A DNA stretch of 64,000 nucleotides from NCBI GenBank assembly GCA_951406725.2, contig OX597832.1:35712001-35776000 (forward strand). Reading direction: 5' to 3'. Of the stretch, positions 59,051-64,000 are shown piece after piece. Below the pieces are notes generated by a model. That model was not told where the DNA came from. It worked only from the letters and a program-made list of their open reading frames with translations, and ran no database searches. Position 1 is the first letter of the stretch. Every line of letters begins with the position of its first letter. The stretch is from Octopus vulgaris (Eukaryota). Position numbers and translations under genes: made by a program.

Positions 59051-62000
59051 ATATAGGAACTGTTTGATAGAGTAAGAGCAGTCATATGAAATAAACAGTG
59101 TGTAACTCTTTGACAGAGATAGTACATGGACTAGACAATGGGTGAAACCTGGAAGATATGTAGATATTATACAATTGTAAAAGAATAGGAAATGTGTGAC
59201 AGTGAGTCAAGCAGAAGCAAATGAAAAGCAGATTGGATTGAATATTTTGGCCAATATGTTTCAAGAGCAATATGGAGACTGCATTCTTGTCACTCTGGCC
59301 GGCTGAAATCAGTAATTATACTGGGCATCATGTGTTATAGTCAATATTGCATAGAAATAATATTTCTATGCTACATGAGTAATCTATGCTTTTCAATTAA
59401 AAACTGGTTCATTAATTAGAATTTTGATGAACTTCTAGTGACTTGCTCTCCTGAGAACAACAATATATAAACTTCTTCTCATATTCCAGAATGCACAAAC
59501 AGAAGTGGTTTTTCATGTCTGGGTCCAGTGAAACGCAGTCACTGGCTGATTTATGGCTCTCAGGTTCCAGACTGCCAAGTCAAAAATTACAATTTCACAG
59601 TGGATACTATGGATTACCAGTAAGCAGATATTCAAGAATTATTTTTGGACTATAATTAAATATAATACCAGTGTACCAGATTAAATTATTAGAGGGATAT
59701 ATTTTTGGGACCAAACTTCCATGGACACAGACATTTGTGTAAACTGATACATCATCAGAATCATTGCTTTTAGTGTATTTTCCAAACCTGAAACAAAAGT
59801 TCTTTATTGTGTTTCTATTTAAATACTTTCATCTTGATAATTTCTTTTGTTAACCCCATTTCTTTTGGTTGTATTTTAACATCTTCAACAAAGGAGCAGA
59901 GCCCCACCCCCACCAAAACAATACCACCACCTCCACCACCCTCACTACCACCATTACCATTTATTTAAGTAGATCTCAGCTCTTTATTGTGGTAAGAATT
60001 TATTCTCCATCCACTTATTCATAATAGAAGAAAAGGTGAATGGATGTGTGTGCGTGAATGCTTTGGTATTCTTCATGAAGGTAGCTATATAGGTATATAT
60101 ATGTGTATCTATACGTATAGGTAAGTGTGACATCTTTATTTATACAATGTGACTTTATACACACACACACACATATATATATGATAAGAGGACTGTGAAC
60201 TAAGATACAATCATTGTGCATTTAGTAATTCTATCACCATTTCTTCAGTAAATATAGTGAAGCATTTGTTTTGTTGATGAGGTCTAATAAGGCTGAAAAT
60301 GTTCTGAGTTGTCTGCCATATTTTCCAAAATAATCTAAGCTATACAAGTGCAGGATTGGTGTTTTTTCTTCACCATGATTTATTCATTAAATATGTCAGT
60401 GTTAACTTCAATAATGAAATAATTTGGATGCTTTTTGAATAATGGGATGTTAAAAAAGTTTTAATGGTTTTTCTTACAAGAAAGTCCCTGTAATGGATTA
60501 TTGGCCACATTGAATTTTAGAAACCTTACTTATCCTCCTGTTAACCGAATATCAATTACATGATATTCCAAATGACCCAAACATTGTCTCAAAGTTCTGT
60601 GAATATTTAATTAGCCGTATTGTACGTCACACAAACTTGAAAATAATAATGATGCTTCCAATTATATTTTTGTTTGTAATGATTAAAAGAGTTTGAATTG
60701 CTGAAGAACATGAGGACAATAACTCTTGAGTAAGAGCTGAATCGGACTGTGATGGTTCGTCCAATCTGTGTCAGCACAATGATCAGATATTTAATGAGGA
60801 CAATGGTTATGATGATAATAACTATGTAGACAATGACCATCAGCTCAACAACAAAGATGACGATGGTGATGATGATTTTAAAAAGTTACATCAAGGTGGT
60901 GGTTCAGACACTGGTGTGGCAATCACATCTTTTCTTTCAAAAGCACCTCAAGTTGGCTGCTATGCTAGATTTCAGCCAATTCCTTTAAACAGTGTTGAAA
61001 TAATTTTAATATATTAAAAAAAAAAAAGACTGTCATGCTGAAAGAGTTAAAAGTATGGCAAACGACACAGAATGGTCTTCGTTCTTTCTGCAACTCTGTT
61101 CCTGATATGTCTTTGTTACAAGTAATTGAATTTGTTGATGTTACCATGTCAACGAAGAGAAAGTGAATACCACTGACAATTGAACCAAAATGTGAGATTT
61201 TACAGCATCTGGAACATGGTGGAATGGTATTGCAGAAAAGTAAAGCATTTTACTGATTTAATGGCATAAGACGTCTGTAAACAGGCTTTTTTTTTCATGC
61301 AATTATGTTCAGAATGGCTTCCTTTGTTTCTGATCAAATCAGCTATCAGAAACAATTAGTTACCCAAACAAAATACTCCCAGTTTATCTGCTTATCAACA
61401 TCCAACTGTAGCTAGTGTACAACCTTCAAAAACACATTAATAAATTCTTGATGTCATCTGACTAACAAAGTTATTTTTTTTTTACCTTGAAACACTTCAT
61501 TACAACATCCAAAAGGATACTGAGATGGTAGAAATGTTAAAGAGTAGAAATAAATACTTTAGTTACAGCCATTTACATTCTGAGTTCAATTCTTACCATG
61601 GTTGTCATAATGGTTTAGCCTTGAAATAGTAGGCTGTAGTATTATCTCAATCAACTAGACTACTACTACTACTACGACTACTACACCACTCTGGCTTAAT
61701 GTGAGGAATTGTTATCAGTGTATAGAAGTGTTTTGCTTTGATGTTAAGTGTAAAGTGACAGATATACGTTGACATTGCACTTATTATATGACTGACAGAC
61801 AAATAGTTAAAAGTAAAATTGTCAGATCGTTTCCTTAATGATAGCATTGGTCAGAAACGAAACATAAACAATGTTATATCAATATTTGTTGATATATATG
61901 CAAAGTGATTCTTTTTTCTTTTGTGTCCACAAACTTTGTCCACCTTGTATCCAGACTCCCTTATGATTTTGCCTTCATTAAATGGTTTTACATCAAACTT

Positions 62001-64000
62001 TGGTGTTTTTAGCAATAAATACAATTATTTTGTGTTTAGTTCATGCAAGAATAGATCCACATTTTTGTCTCCATACAGCAGCAATGAGTAATGGTTCTCT
62101 TACCTGAATTTTGTACAATAGAGAACACAGCTTTCAAATCTGTTGCAAGTATTTTTTACTATTTATTTTTCAGATGTTATTTTATCTTCAAAATAGAATT
62201 GCTTAACAGATAAATGAGGCAGTTCTAAGAAATTCCAATAGCAAATATCTTTGCTGATGCCATAATTTTACAATACAGTGATCACCGTTTCCACACAAGT
62301 TGTATCAAATCCTAAATTTCTCATCATTCATATTTTCTGTTCTGCTTTCTTTTGTAATGTCTTTCTAGTTGTAATCCGCCCCCACATACATACATACATG
62401 CACACACACACACACATACATACATAGTCAAATCGAAAGAATGACCATTAAATATAGCAATAATAACAAGCAACAAGCGGACATGCACATGGAGGATGTA
62501 TTAGTTTGACACTCGATAAGAAGAGAGAGTTTTTGAAGTGCAAAGAATGGAAAAAAATCACCAACAGGATGTGTGTAGTTACATATATATATATATGTAT
62601 GTATAAATGCTGCACTCCCATACAACACACACATTGTCCATCGAGCTAACCAAAGAGTAACCCTCTTCAAAGCTGTTCAAACTACTAGTAAAAGCAACCA
62701 GATCTCTCAAGAACACACTGAAAAATGGAATCCTAGATGCACACTACCAGAAAACAAAATGATGGAAAGGCCATGGTTGGGATGCATTTGATCATAGCCC
62801 TGCTAGATGAGGGTTTATCTGGGGCTAAATGACAATAACAACAACTAAACTCTCTTTGACAGTACAAAGACACAATCATTATACAGCATAGCACAGCATC
62901 AGTTCACAATATACACCAACAGCCGCTCTATACATCCAAAACCTAAACCTGCAGCTATTTTATACATACATCTTCTACTATGTCTATATTATTTACATGT
63001 TTTTGTTCCGTTTCACAGCAATAATATCTACATTTCTCACAGCAACCAACACATTTTTCTGCCCTCTTGTAATCCCAAACCCTTCCCTAAAAACTTTTCA
63101 CAACCCTTCCCCCTAAAAATGCATTCCACTGGCAATCCTCTCCCCACCAACTATATTTTCTTTAAAATCACCTACTGAAGATCAAGTTAAAGATTAATTA
63201 CCTCAATCCCACCTGAGTGAATATGTGAGGGCCTGAAAATATGGGAAGTTTTGCTCCTCACTCAAGACCTACAAAATAAAAACTAAAAAACAAAACAAAA
63301 ATCCTTTAATATTGTCAGAGAACAGCAGTGCATAATAAATGTCTGTCATGTTTGGCAATCTCTTTCAGAACCAGAAGTATCAGCATCATGCATGGATAAA
63401 AAGTAGAAAATATATTTCATAAAACAGCAAACATAAAAATCCAATTTTCTAGATAAGTTCTTTCTATTATGAAAGTATTAATAATTTTTATACTTCCCAA
63501 CTTGTTCTCTACATGTTATATCGTACAAATTGATCTTATGTATATATTGGCCAATTTTAAGGAATTATGAGCCTATTAGTGATGTTTGGAATGTTACATA
63601 TAAGAAGGAGAAGGAGAATGTTAAATATGATGGCATCGATGTTAAGATAAGAAATATTTAAATTACAGATTTTGTGATGCAAAGTTACTGATGCAGTACA
63701 AACATGTAATAGAAATGTAGTGTTGTGTAACATTTACAAAGTGAACTCATATATTCTCTTCTGGTAAATGTAGATTAGTGACAACAACACAACCTCTTAT
63801 ATGATATTGAATAAAAAGATAAAAGCTAAAGTTTAAAAATGATTTTACATATTACAAACTAAACAGGCTTTTTTTTAATGATATTAAATGGTAATTAAAT
63901 TTTGTTTTTTATTTCATTTTATGAAAGAATTAAAATAAAAAGGGATTAGAAACTTTAATCTGAAAGCTTATCCTACTAACATATTCCTAAAGATGAAAGT

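Noticed and set aside
59735-59762. CTGATGA-TGTA..TACA-CAAA on the minus strand as a hammerhead
   Set aside because: Lacks GAAA and has no stem I partner.

Overview
AT-rich, microsatellite- and repeat-dense animal genomic DNA. The SINE, mariner, RTE and Penelope-like families, recognised from memory, look like those of Octopus (cephalopod) genomes; this is inference, not a search result. No intact host protein-coding gene is recognisable, so the window is probably intronic or intergenic. Two possible micro-exons were seen (32615-32643 minus; 10735-10768 plus). Supported content: one full-length decayed cecropia-type mariner with TIRs and TA duplications; three other mariner fragments and one Tc1/maT-like end; a hAT MITE with an 8-bp TSD; a piggyBac-type MITE; two 5'-truncated Tx1/L1-type LINE 3' ends lying in microsatellites; an isolated gag-like ORF1; RTE, R4/Dong-like and HERO-like fragments; many tRNA-derived SINEs; several degenerate minisatellites. 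The most interesting signal is about eight type I hammerhead-ribozyme-like motifs, mostly in Penelope-like relics. Two unrelated copies (51193-51322 plus, 38326-38412 minus) share an unusual architecture: a U.U apposition in place of the canonical G10.1-C11.1 pair, a very long stem II and a palindromic stem III. One motif sits behind a tRNA-derived SINE head. Repeat boundaries are approximate unless TIRs or TSDs are cited.
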